Part shown: piece by piece, positions 19,529 through 29,728 of the stretch
Position numbering within the stretch: the first letter of the stretch is position 1
Layout of the letters: each line of letters begins with the position of its first letter
Assembly (NCBI GenBank): GCA_041649615.1
Contig: JBAZMT010000001.1
Span: forward strand, 90,981 to 154,980
Direction of reading: 5' to 3'
From: Parcubacteria group bacterium
GTDB taxonomy: Bacteria > Patescibacteriota > Minisyncoccia > UBA6257 > Colwellbacteraceae
Length of the DNA stretch: 64,000 nucleotides
Notes under the pieces: model-generated
The model's input: only the letters and a program-made list of their open reading frames with translations
What the model was told of the DNA's origin: nothing
The model's database searches: none
Made by a program: the position numbers and the translations under genes

Positions 19529-21634
19529 TTATTTCCTCCCCGCGATTATCGCTTCTTCAATGTTTTTGGGAGCGATTTCGTAGTGACCGAATTCCATGGT
19601 GAACGAACCTCTGCCTTGGGTCATTGATCGGAGTTTAGTTGCGTATCCGAACATTTCGGAAAGAGGAATGGTTGAATCAATCACTTTGGAATTTATCCTG
19701 TCCTCAATGGATTCAATTTTCCCTCTCTTCGCGGAAATATCGCCCGTGATGTCGCCCATGAATTCGGAAGGAACGATCACCTGAACTTTCATAATGGGTT
19801 CAAGCAAAACGGGTTTCGCGTTTTTGCATCCCTCCTGCATTCCCATGGAAGCGGCGATTTTGAAAGCAGCTTCCGAAGAGTCAACGTCGTGATAAGAACC
19901 GTCGTAAAGGGTGACTTTGATGTCAACCACCGGAAAACCGGCAATCACGCCTTTGCTCAAAAATTCTTTGACTCCCTTTTCAACGGCCGGAATGTATTCG
20001 CGAGGAACGACTCCTCCTTTGATGGCGTCAACGAATTCAAACCCTTGTCCCCTCTCTACGGGTTCAATTCTAAGTCTCACGTGACCGTATTGTCCCCGTC
20101 CGCCGGATTGTTTGATGTATTTTCCTTCCGCTTCGGCTGAGCTCGTAACCGTTTCCTTGTAGGCAACTTGAGGACGGCCGGCGGTAGCGTTAACCGAAAA
20201 TTCACGTCTCATTCGTTCAACCAAAACTTCCAGGTGAAGTTCGCCCATTCCGGAAATAATGGTTTCACCCGTTTCGGGATCGCCTGAAACTTTAAAGGTC
20301 GGGTCTTCATCCGCAAGTCGCCGCAAAGCAAGACCCATTTTTTCTTGATCCGCTTTTGATTCGGGAGAAATTTTCTGGAAGATAACCGGTTCGGGGAAGC
20401 TGATGCGCTCAAGAATAATCGGTTTTGCCGGATCGCAAAGAGTATCTCCGGTCGTGGTGTTCTTAAGTCCCACAAGCGCTCCGATTTGGCCCGCGTGAAG
20501 TTCGTCAACTTCTTCCCTTGAATTCGCGTGCATACGCAAGATGCGTCCCGCGCGTTCTTGATTGTCTTTTGTGGCGTTTAAAATATAACTTCCTTTTTGA
20601 AGCACGCCGCTGTAAACGCGGAAGAAAGTGAGCGTTCCCACAAAAGGATCGGCCGCCACCTTAAAAGCGAGAGCGGCGAACGGTTCCTCATCGCTCGGCG
20701 CGCGAAGAATGTCGTCTCCGGTTTTCGGATCGTTTCCTTTAACGGGAGGCAAATCCGCCGGGGACGGAAGATAATCAACAACGGCGTCAAGAACAAGCTG
20801 AACTCCTTTATTCTTATAAGCGCTGCCGCAAAGAACCGGCACAATCGTAAGATTAAGGACGCATCTCCTAAGAAGGCTCTTTAAGGCTTCACTCGGGATT
20901 TCTTTTCCTTCAAGATAGTCGCTCATTAACGTTTCGTCGTTTTCAACTATCTTTTCAAGCAAAATGGCTCTTTTGGCTTTAACTTCTTCTTTTAAATTTT
21001 CGGGAATCGGAATTTCGGTAACGCGTTCTCCGTGCTCGCCCTCAAAGTGATAAGCCTTGAGTTCAAGAAGATCTATTATTCCCTCAAAATTCGCTTCGGT
21101 GCCGATGGGTATCTGAAGAGCGACCGCGTTCGGCGTTAAGCGGTCTAAAATAGACGCAAAACTTTTATCAAAGGAAGCGCCAGTGCGATCAAGCTTGTTT
21201 ATAAAACAGATTCTCGGAACTTCGTATTCATCGGCATAGCGCCAATTCGTTTCGGATTGCGGTTCAACGCCCGAGACGCCGTCAAAAACAACCACCGCGC
21301 CGTCAAGAACGCGAAGAGAACGTTTAACTTCAACCGTAAAGTCAATATGTCCGGGGGTGTCTATCAGATTTATTCGGTGTTCAAAAGATTTGTCGCCACT
21401 TTTGTAAGTAGGAACCCAAAAGCAAGTGGTAGCGGCGGAAGTGATGGTAATTCCGCGTTCGCGTTCTTGTTCCATCCAATCCATCACGGCCGCGCCTTCG
21501 TGGACTTCGCCTATTTTATGAGAAACGCCGGTATAAAAAAGAATACGCTCGGAAGTGGTGGTTTTACCTGCGTCAATATGGGCAACTATGCCGATATTTC
21601 TAGTCTTCTCAATTGGGTAGACTTTGCTTTCCAT
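19529..21634 (-). CDS. fusA: Elongation factor G
   Basis: [32 protein letters not shown]. Confidence 0.98.
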   Translation of the reverse strand: MESKVYPIEKTRNIGIVAHIDAGKTTTSERILFYTGVSHKIGEVHEGAAVMDWMEQERERGITITSAATTCFWVPTYKSGDKSFEHRINLIDTPGHIDFTVEVKRSLRVLDGAVVVFDGVSGVEPQSETNWRYADEYEVPRICFINKLDRTGASFDKSFASILDRLTPNAVALQIPIGTEANFEGIIDLLELKAYHFEGEHGERVTEIPIPENLKEEVKAKRAILLEKIVENDETLMSDYLEGKEIPSEALKSLLRRCVLNLTIVPVLCGSAYKNKGVQLVLDAVVDYLPSPADLPPVKGNDPKTGDDILRAPSDEEPFAALAFKVAADPFVGTLTFFRVYSGVLQKGSYILNATKDNQERAGRILRMHANSREEVDELHAGQIGALVGLKNTTTGDTLCDPAKPIILERISFPEPVIFQKISPESKADQEKMGLALRRLADEDPTFKVSGDPETGETIISGMGELHLEVLVERMRREFSVNATAGRPQVAYKETVTSSAEAEGKYIKQSGGRGQYGHVRLRIEPVERGQGFEFVDAIKGGVVPREYIPAVEKGVKEFLSKGVIAGFPVVDIKVTLYDGSYHDVDSSEAAFKIAASMGMQEGCKNAKPVLLEPIMKVQVIVPSEFMGDITGDISAKRGKIESIEDRINSKVIDSTIPLSEMFGYATKLRSMTQGRGSFTMEFGHYEIAPKNIEEAIIAGRK

Positions 21635-21646
21635 ATCAGTCGTAAA

Positions 21647-22111
21647 CTAGCTCGCAAAATGAGCGAAAGCACGATTTCCTTCCGCCATTCTGTGAATGTC
21701 TTGCTTTTTCTTGATGGCCGTACCTTCGTTCGCCGCCGCCGCCAAAAGTTCTTCCGCCAATTTTTCGGAAATCGGTCTGCCTTTCTTAGAACGGGCAGCG
21801 GAAATTATCCATTTGGAAGCAAGCATAAACTGGCGCTCGGGTCTTACTTCCCGGGGGACTTGGTAATTCGCTCCACCGACTCTTCTTGAGACGACTTCCA
21901 AGGCGGGCTTTACGTTTTCCAAAGCGGACTCAAATATCTCAAGCGGTTTTTTGCCGGTTTTTTCAATTACCGCAAAAGCGCCATAAAGATCTTTTTGCGC
22001 TACGGATTTTTTGCCGTCATACATCAAATAATTGATGAACCTCGAAACCGCCACAGAATCGTAAGCGATATCGGGAGCATGTTCTCTTTTGTAATTTTTT
22101 TTGCGTCTCAT
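21647..22111 (-). CDS. rpsG: 30S ribosomal protein uS7
   Basis: [24 protein letters not shown]. Confidence 0.97.
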   Translation of the reverse strand: MRRKKNYKREHAPDIAYDSVAVSRFINYLMYDGKKSVAQKDLYGAFAVIEKTGKKPLEIFESALENVKPALEVVSRRVGGANYQVPREVRPERQFMLASKWIISAARSKKGRPISEKLAEELLAAAANEGTAIKKKQDIHRMAEGNRAFAHFAS

Positions 22112-22113
22112 TT

Positions 22114-22533
22114 TTACTTTCCTGCCTTTTCTTTCTTGGCGCCGTACTTGCTTCTTTGCTGTTTGCGTCCCGTAACGCCCGCAGTATCCAAAGTGCCGCG
22201 AACGACGTGATAACGGACGCCCGGCAAATCCTTAACCCTGCCCCCTCTTATCAAAACGACCGAGTGTTCCTGAAGATTGTGCTGTTCGCCTGGGATATAG
22301 GCGGTAACTTCCATGCCGTTCGTAAGCCTGACTCTCGCCACTTTTCTCAAGGCCGAATTCGGTTTCTTCGGAGTAGTCGTAAAAACCTTAAGACAAGCCC
22401 CTCTCTTCTGCGGTGAAACGGATTCTACGGGTTTGTTCTTAAGAACGTTAAAATAACGGCCCATGGCCGGTGATTTGGATTTCTTAGATGAAGTTTTGCG
22501 CCCTTTTTTCAAGAGCTGATTCATCGTTGGCAC
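22114..22533 (-). CDS. rpsL: 30S ribosomal protein uS12 (GTG start)
   Basis: [22 protein letters not shown]. Confidence 0.98.
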   Translation of the reverse strand: MPTMNQLLKKGRKTSSKKSKSPAMGRYFNVLKNKPVESVSPQKRGACLKVFTTTPKKPNSALRKVARVRLTNGMEVTAYIPGEQHNLQEHSVVLIRGGRVKDLPGVRYHVVRGTLDTAGVTGRKQQRSKYGAKKEKAGK

Positions 22534-22540
22534 GGCAGTA

Positions 22541-22570
22541 AATATAGCAATTAAGCAGAATTAATGTCAA
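22541..22570 (-). promoter_or_regulatory. Promoter of the str operon, probably giving a leaderless rpsL mRNA
   Basis: TTGACA-18-TATATT, 7 nt before the GTG. Confidence 0.6.
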
Positions 22571-22586
22571 TTATTCCAACCATCCT

Positions 22587-22680
22587 AACTATCTTTTTCC
22601 AGAGACGCGTCGTCCGCCCCTGTGAGTCGGACGCGCTCCCTCCCGGCTTCGCTCTTCTTACTCTATGAGAAGGAATAGTT
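22587..22680. repeat. Imperfect inverted-repeat intergenic element (family 2, copy 2)
   Basis: AACTATCTTTTTCCAGAG...CTCTATGAGAAGGAATAGTT closing arms; inner CGTCCG/CGGACG stem; core similar to 8562-8614. Confidence 0.6.
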
Positions 22681-22730
22681 CTCTAGTTGTTTCTTAAAAA
22701 ATTAATTCTGCCGTGGGGAGGAGATGGGAA

Positions 22731-23360
22731 TCATCCAAATACGTATCCGAATGCGGTGAAAAGTGCGAAAATGAATCTTGCAACGTAGGGAATAATCAGC
22801 ACTCCCAAGAACAAAGCGATGATCAATCCCAAAGGACCGATTGATGAGAGTTTGTCGCGGATTCTTTGAGGGATGAAAGAACCGATGATTTTTGATCCAT
22901 CAAGAGGAGGAACGGGGATGAGATTGAAGAGGGCGAGAAAAATATTCACGTAAATTATAAAAGCGGTGAGAGAGACGAACGTTTGATTTCCCGAAACGAC
23001 GGGAAAAATGAGTCTTATGACAAAAAAGAGAAGGCTCGTGATTCCCGCAATTCCCAAATTAGCAACCGGGCCGCTTAACGCGATTTTGAACTCCCCTTTC
23101 CGATCACGGAGATTCCTCGGATCGTAAGGAACCGGTTTAGCCCAGCCAATGAAAGAGCCCGACAAGAAAAGAAGCGTAAGTGGAACGATGACCGTTCCGA
23201 TGAGATCAATATGAGCCAACGGATTCAAGGTCAATCGGCCGAGTTTTTTTGCCGTCGGATCGCCAAGCTCGTTTGCAACAAAGCCGTGCGAGTATTCGTG
23301 GATCACGGCCGAAAAAACTATCACGACGTAAATAAATATTTTTGAGGCGATATCCGTCAA
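22731..23360 (-). CDS. Site-2 protease family (M50) Zn metalloprotease
   Basis: HEYSH, GDPTA..GRLTLNPLAHID, GWAKPVP, FNLIPVPPLDG; TTG 23360 chosen to avoid overlap with rpmB. Confidence 0.88.
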   Translation of the reverse strand: MTDIASKIFIYVVIVFSAVIHEYSHGFVANELGDPTAKKLGRLTLNPLAHIDLIGTVIVPLTLLFLSGSFIGWAKPVPYDPRNLRDRKGEFKIALSGPVANLGIAGITSLLFFVIRLIFPVVSGNQTFVSLTAFIIYVNIFLALFNLIPVPPLDGSKIIGSFIPQRIRDKLSSIGPLGLIIALFLGVLIIPYVARFIFALFTAFGYVFG

Positions 23361-23414
23361 AAGTTTAGGGTGCGCTTTACATCGCTTGCGCAATTTAATA
23401 GTATACACTCCTAC

Positions 23415-23606
23415 ATGAGACAGTGCGAAATCTGCGGGAAGGGTGGAATTATGCGCCGCCAAAGGATAAAACTAAGGGGCAATTACAACCCTACCCAAAA
23501 GCAGAAGAAACAACCCAATCTTCAACCGACAAGACTTCTCGGAAGGCGGGTGTTAGCGTGCGCTAAGTGCTTAAAGCAGGCAAACAAAGCGGGCGTTTCA
23601 AAATAA
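23415..23606 (+). CDS. rpmB: 50S ribosomal protein bL28
   Basis: MRQCEICGKG...PNLQ...CAKCLK. Confidence 0.85.
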   Translation: MRQCEICGKGGIMRRQRIKLRGNYNPTQKQKKQPNLQPTRLLGRRVLACAKCLKQANKAGVSK

Positions 23607-23607
23607 T

Positions 23608-23636
23608 AAAATCCCGAGCAAAGTGCTCGGGATTTT
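23608..23636. terminator. Bidirectional intrinsic terminator
   Basis: AAAATCCCGAGCA-AAG-TGCTCGGGATTTT between convergent genes. Confidence 0.75.
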
Positions 23637-23638
23637 TG

Positions 23639-24643
23639 TTAGTAATACTGGGGAATATCGTTCGGAAACCATTTGAACGGCATTCCGCAAGCTTCTATGT
23701 AGTCCTTGAAATCCAGGGTCTCTATACTACGCTCGTTTATAAAACGCAAAAGATAATAGAGATACGAGAAACCGTACTGCTCCGTATACCGCTTGAACTC
23801 GCTCGTTTTGGCAACCGCTTGCGATTTAGGATTATTGACGAGCAAGTTATAGAGATCTACCGACTCAAACATGTCGCCCGTGAGCGTAGAGAAGCCGACT
23901 TTTGACTGCGCGAGCCCGAATTGGTCAATGGGTTTTTCGCCTACGCGATGATGGTTGATTTTCACCTGGGACCGATGATAGCTATAGCCCATCTTCGCTA
24001 CCTCAAAGGCCGTTTTTCCGTCATACATGGCGAGCGGAGTTTTAACGTCCAGAGTTATCTTATTCTCTTTAAAGAGATGCAAGTATAACTTGAGCGGATT
24101 CCACACGCCGTATTTCTCAGCCGATTCCGGATAAGCTTTTGGGTCGCCAGCGAGATTAAATATTTTCTGAACCTCTTCAACCATCCAGATGTGAGCTTTG
24201 TGGCCGTACTCGCCCTTTACATCTTGCGAGACGATGATCGATGACGTGTAAATACGAACCTGTTCCACAAGATAGGCCTCCACTTTTTCCTTAGGCCACG
24301 ATTTCTTCGCGTCTGCCAATTTTTCAAACCAATGATCGGCAAAAGGTCCGAATACGGGTTTTTGTCTCACGCCTACCGCCCAAAGAGCGGCTTCGGCTTC
24401 TTTTTTCCGACTTGTTGAGCAAGGAGTCATAAAGACGACTACAACCGATTTGCCTTGCGCGAGATAAATCGGAATGACAGCTCCCAAATAAAGTTGGTCG
24501 TCATCACTGTGACAAGCGATGATCATCACGTCCGCGTGATGCGGTTCTTCCCAGTTGTACGAGTCGTCGGCCAGAGCAACGGCTTGAAAAAGCGCGAGTA
24601 TCAGCACAAGCGCCAGAACAATGGAAACAACAGACTTCTTCAT
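23639..24643 (-). CDS. Secreted PIG-L/LmbE-family Zn deacetylase
   Basis: Signal peptide (..AVALA-DD); ACHSDDD, R..EAEAAL, GEYGHKAH motifs. Confidence 0.8.
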   Translation of the reverse strand: MKKSVVSIVLALVLILALFQAVALADDSYNWEEPHHADVMIIACHSDDDQLYLGAVIPIYLAQGKSVVVVFMTPCSTSRKKEAEAALWAVGVRQKPVFGPFADHWFEKLADAKKSWPKEKVEAYLVEQVRIYTSSIIVSQDVKGEYGHKAHIWMVEEVQKIFNLAGDPKAYPESAEKYGVWNPLKLYLHLFKENKITLDVKTPLAMYDGKTAFEVAKMGYSYHRSQVKINHHRVGEKPIDQFGLAQSKVGFSTLTGDMFESVDLYNLLVNNPKSQAVAKTSEFKRYTEQYGFSYLYYLLRFINERSIETLDFKDYIEACGMPFKWFPNDIPQYY

Positions 24644-24733
24644 AACAATTCCCCCTATTTCACCCTAAAAATATTTTTAAAGATGCTCCAGATTAACGAT
24701 AAAATCGGCTTTTTGTCAATTCAAAAATTTTTG

Positions 24734-24804
24734 TCGGGCTGCCGGGAATTGAACCCGGGTCGCACCCACCCCAAGGGTGTATACTGCCGTTATACTACAG
24801 CCCG
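24734..24804 (-). tRNA. tRNA-Pro(GGG)
   Basis: Cloverleaf CGGGCTG...CACCC-TTGGGGT-GGGTG...CCGGG-TTCAATT-CCCGG-CAGCCCG-A. Confidence 0.9.
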
Positions 24805-24842
24805 TCAAAAGCCAATATACATCAAAGTACTTTTTAATCCAA

Positions 24843-24873
24843 CAAAAACCGCTCCTTTTTGGAGCGGTTTTTG
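24843..24873 (-). terminator. Intrinsic terminator downstream of the ncRNA
   Basis: CAAAAACCGCTCC-AAAAA-GGAGCGGTTTTTG. Confidence 0.75.
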
Positions 24874-25008
24874 ATTGTCTCGCCTTCGTATAGATTTCCC
24901 CGGCTTGCGCCAGATTGGTGAGCCTCAATCGCAGTCCACGGACTACAATGATTCGGTTCTCCTTTTAAAAATCACATGATCCGGAATCTAATGAGCGAGC
25001 GAGACAAC
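24874..25008 (-). ncRNA. ssrS: 6S RNA-like rod-shaped ncRNA
   Basis: Ends pair (TTGTCTCGC...GCGAGACAA, TAGATT/AATCTA, CCGG/CCGG), large central bubble, apical GTAGTCC/GGACTGC stem; own TTGCGA-16-TATAAT promoter (25012-25039) and terminator. Confidence 0.6.
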
Positions 25009-25076
25009 TTAATTATATCGCCAGAGGATTCGCTCGCAATCCAAGTAAAATAGGCGAAAACGAGCATGAGGGAAAA

Positions 25077-25085
25077 TTATCCACA
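25077..25085 (+). promoter_or_regulatory. Perfect DnaA box
   Basis: TTATCCACA in an intergenic position. Confidence 0.4.
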
Positions 25086-25106
25086 AGCGAAAAAATAAGG
25101 AATGAG

Positions 25107-25724
25107 TTATTCCAGTATTCCGTCAAGATTTACGTCGTAGAGTATCGCTTCGTTAACGAGGCGGTAATCTTGAAGTTCTTCAGGCTTAAACCATAAGGCT
25201 ATTTCCTTCTCCGCTTCTTCCGGTGTGCTCGAAGCGTGCAGTAAATTCCTTACGGCTCGCTTGTCAATGTCTGCAAGCTCATAGGAATCAATGGTAAAGT
25301 CCCCTCTTATAGTGCCCACATCCGAGGTAAAAGGTTCCGTGGCGCCCGTGATCTTTCTAATAATGCCTGTCGCGTGCATTCCTTGCCAAACCATGGCGAC
25401 AACCGGGCCGGAAGAAAGATATTTCTTTAAATATCCCAAAACGATTTCGGTAACCTTCAAAGGGTCTTCCGAAGGAGGAGTTTTTCCTTGCGCTTTATAG
25501 GCATTAATCGTTTTAACCCCGGTTTTCATTCTCCATTCGGGATCAATCAAGTAGTGCTTCTCCGCGAATTCGGGCGTGGGGATGAGCATCTTAAGCCCAA
25601 CGAGTTTCAATCCCGTTCGTTCGTAACGCTTTATTATTTCGCCGATAAGCCCTCTTTCTACGCCGTCCGGTTTTACAACGACAAGAGATCTTTCGTTTTT
25701 CATCCTATCCGATATTTCTGCCAT
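25107..25724 (-). CDS. ndk: Nucleoside diphosphate kinase
   Basis: KPDGVERGLIGEI, GTIRGDF, NLLHAS. Confidence 0.92.
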   Translation of the reverse strand: MAEISDRMKNERSLVVVKPDGVERGLIGEIIKRYERTGLKLVGLKMLIPTPEFAEKHYLIDPEWRMKTGVKTINAYKAQGKTPPSEDPLKVTEIVLGYLKKYLSSGPVVAMVWQGMHATGIIRKITGATEPFTSDVGTIRGDFTIDSYELADIDKRAVRNLLHASSTPEEAEKEIALWFKPEELQDYRLVNEAILYDVNLDGILE

Positions 25725-25744
25725 ATTTTTGTTTTCTCTTTTTA

Positions 25745-27079
25745 CTACTTTTGGTCAGTATTAAGCAAGTGATCTATGCGGTTTATGTCTCTCGGGAAAA
25801 GGGTCGCTTCTTTCACGTTGCCAAGTTCCAACAGTTTCTGCGTGAGACGTTCCAGCCCCATGCCAAAACCGCCGTGCGGAGGAAGACCGTATTTGAAAGC
25901 CTGAAGATAAAAAGAAAAGTTTTCCGGATTTAGTCCTTTTTCCTTCATGGAGGCGACAAGGGCATCGTAGTCGTGAATACGCTCGGCTCCCGTCGTTATT
26001 TCTATTCCGCGGAATAAAAGATCAAATCCCTTGGTGTAGGCCGGATCACTTTCATCGCGATAAGTGTAAAAAGGGCGTTTTTCCGTCGGAAAATGGGTAA
26101 TGAAAATAAAATCGGAATTAAATTTTTCTTTTGAGTAAGCGCAAAGCCAGCGTTCGTGTTCCGGCTCCAGGTCCGGTTCTTCGGTGCAATCGTTTCCGGT
26201 TTCATCACTAATGAGTTTTTGGGCTTCCCGCAAAGTCATTTTGGGAATTTCATCGGGAACGGCTGGAATTTCGGCATTTAATAATTTGAATTCGGCGACA
26301 CATTTTTCCTTGAGTTCGCCTTCAAGGTATTTCAAAAAGGCGTTTTCTATGGCCATCACGTCCGTATGGTCTTTTATGAATCCCATTTCAATGTCCAAGG
26401 AAGTGTATTCGTTCAAGTGACGGGAAGTGCTGTGTTTTTCCGCGCGATAAACGTTTCCCACCGTAAATACCCGCTCAAACACGCCAACCATTATCTGCTT
26501 GTAAAGTTGAGGGCTCTGCGCAAGATGAGCCGTATGACCGAAATATCCGACTTCAAACGTATTTGCTCCTCCTTCAGCGTCGTCGCCGATAAGTTTCGGT
26601 ACTTGGATTTCGGTGAAATTTTCGTTCCTAAAGAATTCCCTGAAAGCTTCCGCCACGACCGCTTGTACCTTAAATGTGGCCTGCGACTTTGTTCTTCTTA
26701 AAGTAAGAGGTAAATAATCAAGATAGGTATCAAGATTCAGCTCCGCGTCAGATTCAAAAGGAATTTCTTTGGCTTCGGAGAGCACTTCAAGTTCTTTTAT
26801 TTCAATTTCCAAGGCGCCGTTCGGTTCCGTCTCGTTTACCATCTTTTCCGGACGCGCGTTAACGAGTCCTTTAACCCTAATCACCCATTCCGGACGAAGG
26901 GCAGAAGCCAATTCGTGAACGGCTTTTTTTTCGGGGAGGGCCACCATTTGAACCTTACCCGTCCGGTCCCGAAGATCAATGAATATCAGTTTTCCGTGGT
27001 CTCTACGGGCGTTAACCGAACCTTCAAGAATCACTTCATGCCCGATAAGTTCGTTCAATTCCGAGGTTAAATTGCGCAT
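25745..27079 (-). CDS. aspS: Non-discriminating (archaeal-type, short) aspartyl-tRNA synthetase
   Basis: FIDLRDR, LAQSPQLYKQ, RAEKH, PPHGGFGMGLER; no GAD insertion; ATG 27079. Confidence 0.88.
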   Translation of the reverse strand: MRNLTSELNELIGHEVILEGSVNARRDHGKLIFIDLRDRTGKVQMVALPEKKAVHELASALRPEWVIRVKGLVNARPEKMVNETEPNGALEIEIKELEVLSEAKEIPFESDAELNLDTYLDYLPLTLRRTKSQATFKVQAVVAEAFREFFRNENFTEIQVPKLIGDDAEGGANTFEVGYFGHTAHLAQSPQLYKQIMVGVFERVFTVGNVYRAEKHSTSRHLNEYTSLDIEMGFIKDHTDVMAIENAFLKYLEGELKEKCVAEFKLLNAEIPAVPDEIPKMTLREAQKLISDETGNDCTEEPDLEPEHERWLCAYSKEKFNSDFIFITHFPTEKRPFYTYRDESDPAYTKGFDLLFRGIEITTGAERIHDYDALVASMKEKGLNPENFSFYLQAFKYGLPPHGGFGMGLERLTQKLLELGNVKEATLFPRDINRIDHLLNTDQK

Positions 27080-27107
27080 TTTTTTCAGTATAAGCCGAGA
27101 AAGGGCT

Positions 27108-27938
27108 CTAATCAATGGATTTAACGCGTAATTTACCTCGATTCTTCTCTATTTTTACGCCGCCGGTATCATCGGTTCTAAAGACGGGTATTCCCCTATC
27201 GGTAAATTTTTTAATGGTCTCTTCTTTGGGCAAACCATAACTGTTTTGACCCACGCTTATCACGGCGACAAGAGGATTGATGGCGGAGAGAAATCCGTCG
27301 GATGAAGAAGTGGCCGATCCGTGATGAGGAACTTTCAAAAAATCGGTTTCGGGAAAATTAATGGCGGAAATGACCGCTTCCGATTTGCGAGTTATATCGC
27401 CCGGGAACAAGCCATTCAGTTCGCCGATACTCGCAAAAATCACGAGGGATCCATCGTTATCTTTGAGTTTCTCTTCCGGCGTACCTTTCGGAGGATAAAC
27501 TATCTCCAGTTCAAGTAACTTGGTTTTTACCGAACTGCCGGCAAAGAAATTAATAACGGGGATATTTTTATCCCTGGCTTTGTTCAAAACGGCGTTGAAT
27601 TCTTTTTCCGTTTCCGAGCCGCTAGTAATAATGGCGCCGACGTCGTAATCCGATAAAACGTATTCCAGTCCGCCGAAATGGTCGGCATGAGGATGAGAAA
27701 TCACGATAAGATCAATGTAACGATCCGTTTTGGGAATAACGTGAGTGAGCTCGTACAAAACGTTTTTTCTGGGACCGGTATCAATTAACAAATCAATCCC
27801 TTCCGAACGGATAAGACTGCTGTCTCCTTGTCCCACGTCAAGAAAAGAAACGGAAATTTCGTTCTGATTTTTAACCGCTTCGCGAAAAACGAAAATATTA
27901 GAGATAACGAGCAAAAAAATTAATAATCCCGATTTCAT
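27108..27938 (-). CDS. ComEC-associated metallo-beta-lactamase-fold nuclease (stand-alone)
   Basis: FLDVGQGD, SHPHADHFGG, LKVPHHGS, ISVGQNSYG. Confidence 0.88.
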   Translation of the reverse strand: MKSGLLIFLLVISNIFVFREAVKNQNEISVSFLDVGQGDSSLIRSEGIDLLIDTGPRKNVLYELTHVIPKTDRYIDLIVISHPHADHFGGLEYVLSDYDVGAIITSGSETEKEFNAVLNKARDKNIPVINFFAGSSVKTKLLELEIVYPPKGTPEEKLKDNDGSLVIFASIGELNGLFPGDITRKSEAVISAINFPETDFLKVPHHGSATSSSDGFLSAINPLVAVISVGQNSYGLPKEETIKKFTDRGIPVFRTDDTGGVKIEKNRGKLRVKSID

Positions 27939-29172
27939 AAGAAAGCAATGATTCCGCCAAAATTGAAAAGGGAAAAGCCAGATAATTGGATATAAAAGAA
28001 AGAATGCCGGAAACAAAAGAGAAAAACATGGCTAACGGCACCGACCATATAATCATAGCGTTCGGAATAAACGATAACCAATTAAAGCGACCGAATAAAA
28101 TCGGTATTACCGGCGAAACGGCCAATTCGGCGGAAAAACATTCCGTGATAACCGATCCCATGAAACCGATTTCCCTTTCTCTGAAAAATAACTTTTTGAG
28201 ACGCGGAGCGATGAAAACAATGCCGAAAAAAGCGGCAAAAGAAAGAATAAATCCGGCGTCTTCCATAATGATAAAAGGATCGGAGACGACCATTAAAAGA
28301 GCGGCCAGAGCCATCGGCCCTTTGACGCTCACGAGTCTCCCCATATTTTTGGTAAGCATGGCGATCAATCCCATAATGGCGGCACGAACGACGGAGGCCG
28401 AAGGACCGACCAGTAAAACAAAAATGATTATGCCGAGAGTGGCGGCGAAAGGACGCCACTTAACGGGCAATAAGAAAAATATAATCGCAAAGAAAGAAGC
28501 CACTATTGTAATATTAAAACCCGACAAAGCAACGATATGCGTGGTACCCGTAGCACTTAGATCATCCTTGAACTCCGGTGTAAATCCCGATTTGTCGCCA
28601 AAGATGATTCCATCCGCGAGGGCTGAAGAATTAGGAGATAAAATTCTTTTAAAATTTTCCGACATACGCTTGCGGATGGAAAAAAGAGAGCACATAAATC
28701 CTTTGCATTCGTCACCGATTATTTCCGTGTTTTTACAAAAAACGCTGGGTTTCCCTGAAGCCAGTAGGTCCTTTTTGCAATCCAGCGCCAATATATTCCC
28801 GTATTTTAAGTCCTCATAACTTTCCGCCGTAAGGTTCAGTTTTTTACCGTCCGCCAATTTAAGATTAAACTTCACTAATCCGCCGTAATCCGAAGGATAA
28901 GAAATAATTTTTCCTTCTATGTGAAAATTTCCGCTGTCTGGCGGAATAAAACTCGAAGAAAACGATTTATAAAGGAAAGGATAAAGGCAGCCAAGGGCGC
29001 AGGCAAAAAGAAAGAGAGCAACAATCCGGCTGGCTCTCATGAATATCGCAAAAAAAAGAGATAAGATAAGCAGTCCGGCAAAAACGGCGCCCGGATGATC
29101 TATGACGGATGCGATTATCGTACCCGTGCAGAAGCAAATTGCCGACCAAACGAAAACATTCCCCTTCGCCAT
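27898..29172 (-). CDS. comEC: ComEC/Rec2 competence channel protein
   Basis: GTTHIVALSGFNI, SASVVRAAIMG, GFILSF. Confidence 0.9.
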   Translation of the reverse strand: MAKGNVFVWSAICFCTGTIIASVIDHPGAVFAGLLILSLFFAIFMRASRIVALFLFACALGCLYPFLYKSFSSSFIPPDSGNFHIEGKIISYPSDYGGLVKFNLKLADGKKLNLTAESYEDLKYGNILALDCKKDLLASGKPSVFCKNTEIIGDECKGFMCSLFSIRKRMSENFKRILSPNSSALADGIIFGDKSGFTPEFKDDLSATGTTHIVALSGFNITIVASFFAIIFFLLPVKWRPFAATLGIIIFVLLVGPSASVVRAAIMGLIAMLTKNMGRLVSVKGPMALAALLMVVSDPFIIMEDAGFILSFAAFFGIVFIAPRLKKLFFREREIGFMGSVITECFSAELAVSPVIPILFGRFNWLSFIPNAMIIWSVPLAMFFSFVSGILSFISNYLAFPFSILAESLLSYEIGIINFFARYL

Positions 29173-29188
29173 TTTAAAAAAAATAGCG

Positions 29189-29707
29189 CTAGAGCATTTG
29201 GGCAATAGTTTTTCCGAATTCTTCCGCCGAAAGATGATTAAAGGCCGTTATTATATTTCCATCGGTAACGACAGACTCGCCGGAATAGATTCCTCCCTTT
29301 TTCACTATCAATTCGGGAACTTCGTTGTTATCTTCCGTTTTCCATCCGGTTGCGCGTTTGCCTTTAAGCAGTCCGGCTTTCGCAAGAATCGCCGGCGCGT
29401 AGCAAATCGCCCCGATCGGTTTCCCCGATGAGGCAAATTTGCGGGCAAGATCGGAAACAGCAACGTCTCCGACATATTCTTTTGATCCCGGGCCGCCGAT
29501 AAAAGCAATCCCGTCGTAATCATCGGGGTTGATGTCGCTCAGAAGCAAATCAATCGGCGTGGTTCCTCCTTTGACGCCTTTCGCTTCCGTAAGATCGGTA
29601 CTCGCGACTTTGACAACAACACCCGAGGCAATAAGCTCGGAGAGCGTTCTTTCGTATTCCTCGTCCCTATAATCTTCATGCGCTAAAACCAATACGATGT
29701 GCTTCAC
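29189..29707 (-). CDS. DJ-1/PfpI family protein
   Basis: DEE, GG, GAICYAP nucleophile elbow, VVTDGNIITA. Confidence 0.9.
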   Translation of the reverse strand: MKHIVLVLAHEDYRDEEYERTLSELIASGVVVKVASTDLTEAKGVKGGTTPIDLLLSDINPDDYDGIAFIGGPGSKEYVGDVAVSDLARKFASSGKPIGAICYAPAILAKAGLLKGKRATGWKTEDNNEVPELIVKKGGIYSGESVVTDGNIITAFNHLSAEEFGKTIAQML

Positions 29708-29728
29708 TTATTCCGTAATTATATCAAA

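Noticed and set aside
24937-24948. 12-nt match (ATTGTAGTCCGT) between the 6S-like RNA and 37270-37281
   Set aside because: Short enough to be expected by chance in 64 kb
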